Shown here: positions 35,658 to 45,719 of the stretch, piece after piece | Layout of the letters: every line of letters begins with the position of its first letter | Numbering within the stretch: position 1 is the stretch's first letter | Source: Campylobacteraceae bacterium | GTDB taxonomy: Bacteria > Campylobacterota > Campylobacteria > Campylobacterales > Sulfurovaceae | Length of the DNA: 64,000 bases | NCBI GenBank assembly: GCA_027035765.1 | Contig: JALVUD010000019.1 | Coordinates: 45,757 to 109,756 of the forward strand | Reading direction: 5' to 3' | Program-made: the position numbers and the translations under genes | The notes under the pieces: generated by a model | What the model saw: only the letters and a program-made list of their open reading frames with translations | Told to the model about the DNA's origin: nothing | Databases searched by the model: none

Positions 35658-37609
35658 CCGATCGGGGTCCCGGCTTTTTTGGGTGCTTCGGGGCGGATCA
35701 GTGCCAGCCCCTCCTCATCCTTGGCTGCCAGGAGCATCCCCTCGGAGAGCATCCCCATGAGCTTGGCGGGCTTGAGGTTGGCCACCACGCAGACCTGAGT
35801 CCCTACCAGATCGGCCGGGGAGTACCACTCTTTGATTCCGGCGATGATCTGCCGCGGCTTCTCCTCGCCCAGATCGACCTGGAGACGCAGGAGTTTCTTG
35901 CTCTTGGGAACCTCTTCGGCCTCGACGACGGTCCCCACGGCCAGCTTGGTCTCAAAGAATTGGTCGATGGTGATGAGCCCCTCGACGGGTTCGCTTTTGG
36001 GTTTCTCTTTCTTTTTGCTCTTCTCGGCGGCTTGCTTCTCCTCGGCAGCGGGGACAGCCTCTTTGAGCCGCGGCTCTTCGATCCTTGGGAAGAGGGGCGG
36101 AACCTTTTCGATGGTGAAGTCGCTCAGCAGATCTTTGCGTTGGATCAGATCTTCGTAGGCGGTACCGTTGATGGTAAAGCCCAGGGCCCGCGCAATGGTC
36201 TGGGTGGTCTTGGGCATGATCGGATGGAGCATGACGGCCACTTTGGCCAGGATGTTGGCGATGAGCCCCAGCAGGGCGTAGGCCTCTTCGGTTCGACCCT
36301 CTTTCATCATCACCCAGGGCTGATGGCGGTCGATGGCCTTGTTGGCGACGGCCAGGGGCTTCCAGAGCTCCTCCAGGTAGCGGTGCAGCTGCATCTCAAA
36401 AAGCAGGGGCTCCAGCTTGTCCAGGGAGTCGTGGACTTCGGCCAGTTCGTCACCGTAGAGCTCGGCCACCTTGGCGCTGCTGACGGCGCCGTTGCCGTAC
36501 TTGCCGCTCATGCCGATGAGGCGGTTGAGCAGGTTGCCCAGGTCGTTGCCCAGGTCGGAGTTGATCCGGTCGATGAGGGCCTTCTGGCTGAAGTCGCCGT
36601 CGCCGCCGAAGGGGACTTCGCGCAGCATGAAATAGCGGAAGTTCTCCAGCCCGTAGGCGTCGGCTACCTCTTTGGGGTTGATGACGTTGCCCTTGGATTT
36701 GGACATCTTCTCCCCGTTGCGGGTCCACCAGCCGTGGGCCGCGATGTGCTTGGGCAGAGGCATGTCGAGGCTCATGAGGAACGCGGGCCAGTAGACGGCG
36801 TGGAAGCGGAGGATATCTTTGCCGATCAGGTGCACCCGTGCCGGCCAGAAGTCCATGAGCTTCTCGTCAGTGCCGTAGCCCAGGGCCGTGAGGTAGTTCA
36901 TCAGGGCGTCGAGCCAGACATACATCACATGCTTGGGATCGTTCATCTCCTCGGGAAGTTTGACCCCCCAGTCGAAGCTGGTGCGGGTGATGGAGAGGTC
37001 TTCGAGCCCCCCTTCTACGAAACGCATCACCTCGTTGCGGCGGGTTTTGGGGAGGATGCACTTTTCGTTCTCACGATACCACTCCAGGAGTCTGTCCTGG
37101 TACTTGCTGAGGCGGAAGAAATAGCTCTCCTCCTCGACAATCTGGGTCGGCTTGCCGCATTCGGGGCAGAATTCGCCGTCGACCAGCTGGGTCTCGGTAA
37201 AGAAGGCTTCGCAGCTGATGCAGTAGTGTCCCCGGTAGACGTCTTTGTAGATGTCCCCCTTGTCGAACATCGTTTTGAACGCCTTCTGGACGCCGATCTT
37301 GTGGTCTTCGTCGGTGGTACGGATGAATTTGTCGTAGCTGATGTCGAACTCGTCCCAGAGGGATTTGAAGCGTCCGCTGATCTCGTCGGCGTACTCTTTG
37401 GGGGATTTGCCCCGCTTTTTGGCCGCCTCTTCGATCTTTTGGCCGTGCTCGTCGGTTCCGGTGAGGAAAAAGGTCTCCAGCCCCGCCATCCGCGAATAGA
37501 TCGCCAGAGAGTCGGCGATGATGGTGGTGTAGGCGTGGCCGATATGGGGAATGTCGTTGACGTAGTAGATAGGGGTAGTGATGTAGGCTTTTTTGCAATG
37601 TTTGGACAT
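35654..37609 (-). CDS. metG: methionine--tRNA ligase with C-terminal tRNA-binding domain
   Basis: HIGH (PHIGHAYT), KMSKS, a Zn knuckle (CISCEAF...CPECG), and a Trbp111-like C-terminus. Confidence 0.95.
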   Translation of the reverse strand: MSKHCKKAYITTPIYYVNDIPHIGHAYTTIIADSLAIYSRMAGLETFFLTGTDEHGQKIEEAAKKRGKSPKEYADEISGRFKSLWDEFDISYDKFIRTTDEDHKIGVQKAFKTMFDKGDIYKDVYRGHYCISCEAFFTETQLVDGEFCPECGKPTQIVEEESYFFRLSKYQDRLLEWYRENEKCILPKTRRNEVMRFVEGGLEDLSITRTSFDWGVKLPEEMNDPKHVMYVWLDALMNYLTALGYGTDEKLMDFWPARVHLIGKDILRFHAVYWPAFLMSLDMPLPKHIAAHGWWTRNGEKMSKSKGNVINPKEVADAYGLENFRYFMLREVPFGGDGDFSQKALIDRINSDLGNDLGNLLNRLIGMSGKYGNGAVSSAKVAELYGDELAEVHDSLDKLEPLLFEMQLHRYLEELWKPLAVANKAIDRHQPWVMMKEGRTEEAYALLGLIANILAKVAVMLHPIMPKTTQTIARALGFTINGTAYEDLIQRKDLLSDFTIEKVPPLFPRIEEPRLKEAVPAAEEKQAAEKSKKKEKPKSEPVEGLITIDQFFETKLAVGTVVEAEEVPKSKKLLRLQVDLGEEKPRQIIAGIKEWYSPADLVGTQVCVVANLKPAKLMGMLSEGMLLAAKDEEGLALIRPEAPKKAGTPIG

Positions 37610-37849
37610 GAATCGCTTTCCTTGGAGGGTTCTCTTGATTGAATTGAAGGTATTTTAGCGAAAGCTTGCTTTATCGCATTTCGACAACTCTTTTTTCGAT
37701 ATGTGAACGTTAGGGAAGTGTTTATCGTTCCGCTGCCTGAGTGTTTCGATTACTCCTCAATAACATAAAAAATAATTAATTATATAGATTAACAATATAA
37801 TAATTTATTTATCACTATTATGTATTATGAACAAGAAAAGGAGTCACAG

Positions 37850-38146
37850 ATGAAAAAACTACTCTTGATGTTTGTGATGCTGTCGGCAGGAGTAATCGCG
37901 GCGGATGTGGAGAAGGGAGAAGCCCTCTATCTCAAAGCACAATGTCAGAAATGTCATCTACAGGGCAAAAGCTTCGATCCGAACTCGGTCAATAAAGAAG
38001 GGAAAGTCTCAAAAGTCAGCGATGTACGGGGGATCCATAAATGGGTTGAGGGGTGTGCCCACTATTTCAATATCGGCTGGTTTCCTGAAGAGCAGGATCT
38101 GGTGAGCCGCTATCTGAATGCGGTGTTCTATCACCTCGAAAAATAG
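37850..38146 (+). CDS. small periplasmic c-type cytochrome-like protein
   Basis: Signal peptide MKKLLLMFVMLSAGVIA and one CxxCH (CQKCH). AAGGAG RBS, lower GC, and a very AT-rich 200-nt leader. Confidence 0.6.
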   Translation: MKKLLLMFVMLSAGVIAADVEKGEALYLKAQCQKCHLQGKSFDPNSVNKEGKVSKVSDVRGIHKWVEGCAHYFNIGWFPEEQDLVSRYLNAVFYHLEK

Positions 38147-38148
38147 CT

Positions 38149-38844
38149 TTATTCCGAGAGTGCTGCCTCCACCGCCGCCAGCGCATGGATCCGGGTGGTG
38201 TCGAAGAGCGGTACGTCGGTGTGTTCGGGGCCGATGAGCATCCCGATCTCGGTGCATCCTTCGATGATCCCCTCAGCGCCCCGGCGGCGCAGATCGTCGA
38301 TGATACGCAGATACTCCCGGCGGGATTCCTCCCGAACGATTCCCAGGACCAGCTCTTCGTAGATGATTTGATGGACGATCTGCCGGTTGGCAGGTTTGGG
38401 GATGAACACCTCCAGATTCCAGCGCTTACGCAGACGATCGGCGTAAAAATCCTCCTCCATCGTAAAGCGGGTCCCCAGGAGCCCCACGGTCCGCAGCCCC
38501 TCCCGGCGGATCGCCACCCCGGTGGCGTCGGCGATGTGGAGAAAAGGGATATTGATCGACTCTTCGATCTGCGGGGCGAGTTTGTGCATGGTGTTGGTAC
38601 AGAGCAGTAGCAGCTCGGCCCCGGCTGCCTCGATCCGGCGGGCTTCCTCGGCCAGCAAGGTGCCGGCCCGCTCCCACTCTCCGGCCATCTGAAGCCGCTC
38701 GATCTCGGCGAAGTCCACGCTGAGCATCACGCAGCGGGCGGAGTGCAGACCCCCCAGATGCTCTTTGACCGCTTCGTTGAGGATCCGGTAATAGAGCGCG
38801 CTGCTCTCCCAGCTCATGCCGCCCAACAAACCGATGGTCTTCAT
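38149..38844 (-). CDS. aspartate/glutamate racemase family protein
   Basis: 231 aa with MKTIGLLGGMSWESS and the two-Cys racemase layout (LLCTNTMH, EGCTEIG). Confidence 0.8.
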   Translation of the reverse strand: MKTIGLLGGMSWESSALYYRILNEAVKEHLGGLHSARCVMLSVDFAEIERLQMAGEWERAGTLLAEEARRIEAAGAELLLLCTNTMHKLAPQIEESINIPFLHIADATGVAIRREGLRTVGLLGTRFTMEEDFYADRLRKRWNLEVFIPKPANRQIVHQIIYEELVLGIVREESRREYLRIIDDLRRRGAEGIIEGCTEIGMLIGPEHTDVPLFDTTRIHALAAVEAALSE

Positions 38845-38903
38845 CGTTTTCCCTTTGGATAAAATTACAAAAGTATGCCACAGACTTGCAAAGGCGAAGC
38901 GGG

Positions 38904-39380
38904 ATGGAGATTTTCGAATATATACCGGTCAGAGAAGAGACGCAACTGCGGCAGCTCTATGCTCTCAATCGGGAACTGGCGGAACAGGAAGGGCAGGGAG
39001 GGCTTTTTCGGGCGGAATACCCCCGATATCGTGAAGCTTTTCTTGGTCACTGTCCTGCGGCGCAGGGGTGGTTGATTGTGACTAAGACAGAGTCTGTCGG
39101 ATTCCTGATCGTCCTGCGAAAATTTGCCAGCTACCTCGCGTCGGTCACCGCCTACATCGAGGATCTCTATTTACAGCCGGACTGTGCGGATCCGAAAAAC
39201 TATCTTCAGGTGCTGAAAGCGATGACGGATGCGTTGCAGAAAGAGGGGGCAGATCGTGTGGAGATTCGGGTTTTGAAAAACGGTGTGTTGGAGCCGAAAA
39301 TCCTCACCGAGGCCGGTTTCTCCCCCGTGAAAAAGTGGAGAGTCTGGCGGGTAGAGCAGGAGCGGGGAGCTTCGGGATGA
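38904..39380 (+). CDS. GNAT-family acetyltransferase-like protein
   Basis: 158 aa from the ATG at 38904 with GNAT-like topology (IEDLYLQP..., RVEIRVLKNG). ATGA overlap with the next gene. Confidence 0.55.
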   Translation: MEIFEYIPVREETQLRQLYALNRELAEQEGQGGLFRAEYPRYREAFLGHCPAAQGWLIVTKTESVGFLIVLRKFASYLASVTAYIEDLYLQPDCADPKNYLQVLKAMTDALQKEGADRVEIRVLKNGVLEPKILTEAGFSPVKKWRVWRVEQERGASG

Positions 39381-40699
39381 CAAGGATTTTATCGAAAGGC
39401 GGAGGAGGGTGGCAGAAACTGCGTGAGCTGATACAATGGAAACCTGTCAGAAAGATCGCTGCTCACGGGACAGTGCTGCTGGTCTGCTTCTCCGTCGGCC
39501 TGGCAGCCGGGGCGCTGCAGGAGGCGATTGACACCGCGGCTCCCGGAGCGACGCTGAAGCTCTCGTCGGGTGCGTTCAGGGAACAGGTGCATATCGACAA
39601 GCCTTTGACGATTCGGGGAATCCCGGGGCGGACAGTGCTCGAGGGGCCGGGGACGGGAACGGTGGTGAGGATTCGGTCCTCCCATGTACGGCTGGAAAAT
39701 CTGGTCGTCACAGGCTCCGGGCATCGGCGGGATGCCCTGGATGCGGCGATCAGTATGGAGGGGGTCTCGGATATCCGAATCCGTGGATGCCGTATCGAGA
39801 AGAGCCTCTTCGGCATAGTCGTCGAGAGGAGCAGTCGCGTCAAACTCGAGGGAAACCGTCTCCGTTCCTATCCGGAAAAAGTGGTGGATAACCGGGGAGA
39901 TTTCATCCGAATCTGGGGCTCGAGGGAGGTAACGGTTGCCGACAATACCCTGAGTAGGGGGCGGGATCTTTCCGTCAGTCGTTCCCGGGATGTGCGGCTG
40001 GAGAACAATCGCATCGCGGAGGCCCGCTACGGGGTCCTGCTGTCTATGGATCGGAATGTGAGCGTCATCGGAAACCGGATCCGGCGCGCCTATGCCGGAA
40101 TCTTCGTCCAGGGCGGGCTGGATCTGAACCTTACGGGCAATCGGATTGTCGCGACCCGTCTGGCTACCGGCACGGGGATCCTGCTGCAGCACGGACAGGG
40201 GATCCATGTCACGGAGAATCTCCTCCTCGGCTGTGCCCAGGCCTTCTATATCGACTCTTCTCCCGTAGAGATTGGAATGCGCCGTTTTATCGAAAGAAAC
40301 CTCGTGATCGACAACGTCACGGCACTCCACTTTCACGCCGCCATCCGCAACAACCGAATCCGGGACAACGACTTCATCGGCAACCTCGACGATGTGGTCC
40401 TGGATATTCCCCGGGCCAAACGGGGAGACAACGAGATCGTCCGGAACTACTGGAGCCACTATGAAGGCTTCGACCGAAACGGCGACGGATTGGGAGATAC
40501 CCCCTACCGGGTGTTGATCTATGCCGACAAACTCTGGCAGTATGACCACCGTCTTCGCTTCTTCTACGCCACTCCGCTCCTCTCGCTCCTCGACTTCATC
40601 GAGCGGATCGCCCCTTTCAGCGCACCGGATCTGCTCCTGACAGATCCCGAGCCCCGTATGGAACGGGTCACCCCTCGGATCAGTGAGACACCGGAGTGA
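39377..40699 (+). CDS. NosD-family periplasmic parallel beta-helix protein
   Basis: N-terminal anchor, repeated beta-helix turns, and C-terminal NYWSHYEGFDRNGDGLGDTPY...LLSLLDFIERIAPF, closely like the NosD C-terminus. Confidence 0.75.
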   Translation: MTRILSKGGGGWQKLRELIQWKPVRKIAAHGTVLLVCFSVGLAAGALQEAIDTAAPGATLKLSSGAFREQVHIDKPLTIRGIPGRTVLEGPGTGTVVRIRSSHVRLENLVVTGSGHRRDALDAAISMEGVSDIRIRGCRIEKSLFGIVVERSSRVKLEGNRLRSYPEKVVDNRGDFIRIWGSREVTVADNTLSRGRDLSVSRSRDVRLENNRIAEARYGVLLSMDRNVSVIGNRIRRAYAGIFVQGGLDLNLTGNRIVATRLATGTGILLQHGQGIHVTENLLLGCAQAFYIDSSPVEIGMRRFIERNLVIDNVTALHFHAAIRNNRIRDNDFIGNLDDVVLDIPRAKRGDNEIVRNYWSHYEGFDRNGDGLGDTPYRVLIYADKLWQYDHRLRFFYATPLLSLLDFIERIAPFSAPDLLLTDPEPRMERVTPRISETPE

Positions 40700-40844
40700 A
40701 CGGGGCGAAGAAGTTATTACCGCACCAAGTAGATACCCAAAAGTTTGAGAGAACGAGACGGGATGAGATGTGCGTGAAAAAATCTGCAGGACTGGCCGTC
40801 GTCAATTCAAAGATTTTGGTAATAGGGATAATATCACCAAAAAA

Positions 40845-41708
40845 ATGAAACGGAGCCCGATGAACCCTTTTTACCTTACGGACCTGGACAAAACCTTTTT
40901 GAGGACAGATTTGAGTCTCTCAGACTATAGCCGCAAAGTTTGGAACGAATGCGTGGAGCAGGGGACGCGGCTCTCTGTCGCCACCGCCCGAAGCCTGACG
41001 GGAGTGCGCAAGCTTCTGGAGGGGCTGCATCTGCGGGAACCGCTCATTCTGCTCGACGGCGTGGTGATCGCCACGATCGAAGGGCGGCTCATCGATGTGG
41101 CGGCGCTGGACCGGGCGCTGGGAGATGCGGTGATCGATATCGCCCGGCGCGAGATGGGGATGGAGCCGCTGCTGGTAGGGATGGAGGAGGATGGGCAGGA
41201 GAGTTTCCTCTATCCCCATGCTCCCAACCGCTGGCAGCGCGAACTTCTCTCCACCTTTCACAACGACCGGCGGGTGCTGGATGTCAAGCAGATGCGGGCG
41301 ATGGATCGGAACCTCAAGCTGGTCTTTCTGGAGAGCGAGGAGCGGACTGCCGAGTTGGAACGGATCCTGCGGGAACAGCTGGGGGCGGCGATCGAGATCA
41401 AACGTTCCGCCGACCCCTACATCGACTGTTGGTTCATGACCGTCCTGCACCCCGAGGGAGACAAGGCCCACGCCCTGGCGAAACTGGAAAGGATCGAAGG
41501 GGTGGACAAAGTCCATACCACGGTCTTCGGCGACAGCCACAACGACATCGGTCTTTTTGAAATGGCCGGACGCCGCATCGCCGTGGCCAACGCCATCGAA
41601 GAGCTCAAAGAGCGGGCCGATCTTATCCTGCCCCGGAGTAACGATGAGGATGCGGTGGCACGCTATCTGGAAGAGACGATCCTCAGCAGGGCTGATAGAA
41701 GCCGCTGA
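40845..41708 (+). CDS. HAD-IIB (Cof-type) hydrolase
   Basis: DxD motif (LTDLDKTFL) and GDSHNDIGLFE. Confidence 0.75.
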   Translation: MKRSPMNPFYLTDLDKTFLRTDLSLSDYSRKVWNECVEQGTRLSVATARSLTGVRKLLEGLHLREPLILLDGVVIATIEGRLIDVAALDRALGDAVIDIARREMGMEPLLVGMEEDGQESFLYPHAPNRWQRELLSTFHNDRRVLDVKQMRAMDRNLKLVFLESEERTAELERILREQLGAAIEIKRSADPYIDCWFMTVLHPEGDKAHALAKLERIEGVDKVHTTVFGDSHNDIGLFEMAGRRIAVANAIEELKERADLILPRSNDEDAVARYLEETILSRADRSR

Positions 41709-42930
41709 AGAGCAGAATGTCCTCGTCCTCCCGGTTGTCCAGATCCCGGGTGATGAGCCGTTGGAGGATCCCGGCGACCGCCGGTGCGAAGGTGATGCCC
41801 AGCCAGCCCAGGCCGGTCGCATAGACGAGATTCCGATATTGCTCGTCCCGGCCGAGCAGGGGCATATCGTTGGGAGTCAGGGGTCGGTTGCCGGCCCAGT
41901 AGCGCGGATGGCGCAGAGGAAAAGGGCGGGCGTAGTGTCTGAAAGTCTCCAGGATACTTTCGATACGTCGGGGATCGGGAGTGTTGTCGGAAACGCCGAG
42001 TTCCAGTTTTCCGGTGAGGCGCAGATCGTTTTTCCGGGGGGTCAGAGCGATAAAGAGATCGGCAAAGAGAGCGGCGGTGGTCGGACGCAGCGCCGCATCG
42101 GTTTCGAAGGTGATGCTGTAGCCTTTGGCCGGGACCATCAGCAGGTTTCGCCCCAGGCTCCGGGCCAGGGAGGTATCAGCCCCGGTGGCCAGGAGAAAGG
42201 TGTCGGCCCGGTAGCGGCCGTGGCGACCGACGGCTGAGAGGATTCGCCGGTCGTCATGTTCGAATCGAAAGATTCTCTCTTTGGGAACCCAGGTGACTCC
42301 CCGGCTGCTCAGCCCCTCCTTCAGCGCGTTCATCAGCGTGGCTGGGTCGAGATGGGCGTTGCGGGGGAGGAGGAGCGCCCCGGCGATCTTTTCCGGTCGG
42401 AGGAGAGGGAGGGCCTCGGCGATCTCGGTACGGTCGAGGATTCGGTAATGTTCCGCTGCCTCCCCAACCCGGGCGAGTTTCCGGGCATAGCTTTTCGTTT
42501 CGGTGAAGACCAGCATCAGACCGTCGCGGTGATATTCGAAATCGATCCCCGCTTCCCGGAGCGCTTCGTATCCTTCAATCGCTTGTCGGCCGTACCGTTC
42601 GAAAAGAATCAGTGTCTTTTTCAGCCGCTGCGGTGTGGCATTGCGGAGAAAACTTCGCAGCCATCGGGCCAGCTGAGGGTCGAAACGGGGCGGAAGGATC
42701 AGCGGTGACCGGCCGCGCAGCATCAAGGAGAGAGTCGAGAGGAGGATGCCGGGATGGGAGAGCGGTTCTTTTTCGAAAGGAGAGATGAGACCAGCGTTGC
42801 CGAAAGAGGTGTTTTCACAGAACCCCCCCGCATCGATGACCGTCACCTCCCACCCCGATTCAAGGAGGGACCAGGCATTCATCAGCCCGATGATCCCTCC
42901 ACCGATGATGCAGACGTTTTTGGGGGCCAT
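41683..42930 (-). CDS. FAD-dependent oxidoreductase (D-amino-acid dehydrogenase-like)
   Basis: N-terminal VCIIGGGIIGL dinucleotide motif and a DAO-family length. Confidence 0.8.
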   Translation of the reverse strand: MAPKNVCIIGGGIIGLMNAWSLLESGWEVTVIDAGGFCENTSFGNAGLISPFEKEPLSHPGILLSTLSLMLRGRSPLILPPRFDPQLARWLRSFLRNATPQRLKKTLILFERYGRQAIEGYEALREAGIDFEYHRDGLMLVFTETKSYARKLARVGEAAEHYRILDRTEIAEALPLLRPEKIAGALLLPRNAHLDPATLMNALKEGLSSRGVTWVPKERIFRFEHDDRRILSAVGRHGRYRADTFLLATGADTSLARSLGRNLLMVPAKGYSITFETDAALRPTTAALFADLFIALTPRKNDLRLTGKLELGVSDNTPDPRRIESILETFRHYARPFPLRHPRYWAGNRPLTPNDMPLLGRDEQYRNLVYATGLGWLGITFAPAVAGILQRLITRDLDNREDEDILLFSGFYQPC

Positions 42931-43023
42931 GGCGGACTCCTTTTTCGGGAAAGACCTCAGTATTGATTATAGCCGAAACCGTGCCGATATACGGGAAAAC
43001 AGGAGAGCAGAGGGCCGGGACTA

Positions 43024-43032
43024 TGCTATAAT
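43024..43032 (+). promoter_or_regulatory. candidate extended -10 (TGCTATAAT)
   Basis: 32 nt upstream of the chorismate mutase ATG at 43064. Confidence 0.4.
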
Positions 43033-43063
43033 GGCCGGAAGATTCTCGAAACGGAGGCAGTGG

Positions 43064-43363
43064 ATGGAGATCAAACAGTGCAACTCTCTTGAAGAGGCCC
43101 GTCAGGAGATCGACAAGCTTGACGAGCAGATTGTGGAGCTGATCGCTGCCCGCAACGCCTATATCCGGCAGCTCGCCCATTTCAAAAATTCGGTCGATGA
43201 GATCAAGGCGGAGGATCGGATCGCTGATGTGATCAACCGGGCCCGGGCCAAAGCCATCGAACTGGATCTCTCCCCCAATCTCATCAACGATCTTTATCTT
43301 CGGATGATCGATGCCATGGTAGACAGTGAAGTGGCGGAGTTCAAAAACGCCAAAAATTTCTAA
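43064..43363 (+). CDS. AroQ-class chorismate mutase (or isochorismate-pyruvate lyase-like)
   Basis: 99 aa with ARQEIDKLDEQIVELIAARNAYIRQLAHFK. GGAGG RBS. Confidence 0.75.
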   Translation: MEIKQCNSLEEARQEIDKLDEQIVELIAARNAYIRQLAHFKNSVDEIKAEDRIADVINRARAKAIELDLSPNLINDLYLRMIDAMVDSEVAEFKNAKNF

Positions 43364-43469
43364 GTGCCTTTCTGAGTGGTAACTGCCCTGAGAAGGGGCA
43401 ATAAAGAGCGCTTCCTCTCCTAATTATGACAAAATATCTCCGAATTAAACTTTTTTCTGCTAAAATGGC

Positions 43470-43498
43470 TTGACACGAGGGTTTTACCCAGGTATATA
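43470..43498 (+). promoter_or_regulatory. candidate sigma70-type promoter TTGACA-N17-TATATA for the suf operon
   Basis: Read directly. It ends 30 nt upstream of the sufB ATG. Confidence 0.5.
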
Positions 43499-43527
43499 GA
43501 GTGAAACGCAAACAGTAAAGGATTGTC

Positions 43528-44967
43528 ATGGCACAAGAAGAGCTGGACAAAGCGGTCTCGGGCGAGTATGCGCTTGGCTTCGAGATCGATATCGAAGAGG
43601 ACAAGGTTCCGCCGGGCCTCAGTGACGAGGTGATCCGCTTCATCTCCAAAAAGAAGGAAGAGCCCGACTGGATGACCGAGCTGCGCCTCAAGGCCTATCA
43701 CAAATGGTTGGAGATGGAGGAGCCCCACTGGGGCCATCTGGAATATGAGCCCATCGACTACCAGTCTATCAGCTACTTCGCCGCTCCCAAGAAAGGGCCC
43801 GAGAGCCTGGATGAGGTGGACCCCAAGATCCTCGAAGCCTATGAGAAGCTGGGGATTCCCCTGGAGGAGCAGAAGCAGCTGGCCGGCGTAAAGGTCGCTG
43901 TCGATGCCGTCGTCGATTCGGTTTCGGTCAAGACCACCTATCAGGAGGAGCTGATGGAGAAGGGGATCATCTTCTGCTCCATCTCCGAGGCGATCCGGGA
44001 CTACCCCGAGCTGATCAAGAAGTATATGTTCAGTGTCGTCCCGATGAACGACAACTACTTCGCGGCCCTCAACTCGGCGGTCTTCACCGACGGGACCTTC
44101 GTCTACATCCCCAAGGGGGTGCGCTGTCCTATGGAGCTCTCCACCTATTTCCGGATCAACGCCCTCAACACCGGACAGTTCGAACGGACGTTGATCGTCG
44201 CCGACGAAGGAAGCTACGTCAGTTACAACGAGGGGTGTTCTGCCCCCATGCGGGACGAAAACCAGCTCCACGCCGCCGTGGTGGAGCTCATCGCCCACAA
44301 AGACGCCGAGATCAAATACTCGACGATTCAGAACTGGTACCCCGGAGACGAGGAAGGCAAAGGCGGAATCTACAACTTCGTCACCAAGCGGGGGCTCTGC
44401 GAGGGGGAAAACTCCAAGATCTCCTGGACCCAGGTGGAGACCGGATCGGCGATCACCTGGAAATACCCCAGCTGTATCCTCAAAGGGGACAACAGTGTGG
44501 GTGAGTTCTACTCCGTCGCGGTGACAACTCTGGCCCAGCAGGCCGACACCGGGACCAAGATGATCCACCTGGGCAAAAACACCAGCTCCACGATCATCTC
44601 CAAGGGAATCAGCGCCATGAAGGGACAAAACACCTACCGGGGCCTGGTCAAGATCGGCGCCAACGCCGAAGGAGCGCGAAACTACAGCGAGTGTGACAGC
44701 CTGCTTATCGGCGATCAGTGCGGGGCGCACACCTTCCCCTATCTGGAGAGCAAGGATGCCCACGGGCAGGTAGAGCACGAAGCGACGACGACCAAGATCA
44801 GCGACGAGCAGCTCTTCTACCTGCGACAGCGGGGGATCAACGAAGAGGACGCGGTGAGCATGATCGTCCACGGTTTCTGCAAAGAGGTCTTCAGCCAGCT
44901 GCCCATGGAGTATGCGGTGGAAGCGAAAGCACTATTGAATCTGACATTGGAAGGAAGTGTAGGATGA
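43528..44967 (+). CDS. sufB: Fe-S cluster assembly scaffold SufB
   Basis: 479 aa with full-length SufB-like sequence (...[16 protein letters not shown]...). Confidence 0.95.
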   Translation: MAQEELDKAVSGEYALGFEIDIEEDKVPPGLSDEVIRFISKKKEEPDWMTELRLKAYHKWLEMEEPHWGHLEYEPIDYQSISYFAAPKKGPESLDEVDPKILEAYEKLGIPLEEQKQLAGVKVAVDAVVDSVSVKTTYQEELMEKGIIFCSISEAIRDYPELIKKYMFSVVPMNDNYFAALNSAVFTDGTFVYIPKGVRCPMELSTYFRINALNTGQFERTLIVADEGSYVSYNEGCSAPMRDENQLHAAVVELIAHKDAEIKYSTIQNWYPGDEEGKGGIYNFVTKRGLCEGENSKISWTQVETGSAITWKYPSCILKGDNSVGEFYSVAVTTLAQQADTGTKMIHLGKNTSSTIISKGISAMKGQNTYRGLVKIGANAEGARNYSECDSLLIGDQCGAHTFPYLESKDAHGQVEHEATTTKISDEQLFYLRQRGINEEDAVSMIVHGFCKEVFSQLPMEYAVEAKALLNLTLEGSVG

Positions 44968-45719
44968 GCAACGTTGTTATGGAAATCGAGAATCTCCACG
45001 CCAGGATCGGCGCCAAGGAGATCCTGAAGGGATTGAACCTTCAACTGGAAGAGGGCAAGGTCCACGCCATCATGGGACCCAACGGAGCGGGCAAATCGAC
45101 CCTCTCCAAAGCGATTACCGGCCACTACGACGTGGAGGTGACCGAGGGGGCGATCCGTTACAAAGGGCAGGAGATCGTCGACTGGGAACCCGAAGATCGG
45201 GCCCTGGAGGGGATCTTCCTCAGTTTTCAGAATCCGGTGGAGATCCCCGGCGTCAACAACGCCTATTTCCTCCGCACCGCCGTCAATGCCAAGCGCAAGC
45301 ATCAAGGCCTCGAGGAGCTCAACGCCGCCGAGTTCCTGCGGGAGATGAAGGCGCTGGTCCAGGAGCTGGGGATGAAGCCCGAGATGATCAACCGCTCCCT
45401 CAACGAGGGTTTCTCCGGCGGTGAGAAGAAACGGAATGAGATCCTTCAAATGATGATGCTCCAGCCTGACCTGATCATCCTGGACGAGATCGACTCCGGC
45501 CTCGACATCGACGCCCTGCGGGCTGTCAGCGAAGGGATCAACAAGATGAAAGACGGCAAACGGAGCTTCCTGGTCATCACCCACTACAGCCGGATCCTCG
45601 ACTACATCGAGCCCGATTATATTCACGTCCTCAAGGACGGGAAGATCATCAAAACCGCCGGCCCCGAGCTGGTCGCCGAGCTCGAGGAGAAGGGTTACGG
45701 CGCCATCGAGGAGGCGTGA
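44964..45719 (+). CDS. sufC: Fe-S cluster assembly ATPase SufC
   Basis: Walker [10 protein letters not shown], signature FSGGEKKR, Walker [15 protein letters not shown] overlap with sufB. Confidence 0.95.
   Translation: MSNVVMEIENLHARIGAKEILKGLNLQLEEGKVHAIMGPNGAGKSTLSKAITGHYDVEVTEGAIRYKGQEIVDWEPEDRALEGIFLSFQNPVEIPGVNNAYFLRTAVNAKRKHQGLEELNAAEFLREMKALVQELGMKPEMINRSLNEGFSGGEKKRNEILQMMMLQPDLIILDEIDSGLDIDALRAVSEGINKMKDGKRSFLVITHYSRILDYIEPDYIHVLKDGKIIKTAGPELVAELEEKGYGAIEEA

Noticed and set aside
39377-40699. Evidence for a nitrous-oxide reductase (nos) cluster
   Set aside because: Only the NosD-like gene is present. nosZ, nosF, nosY and nosL are absent from the neighbourhood, so no denitrification claim can be made from this window.
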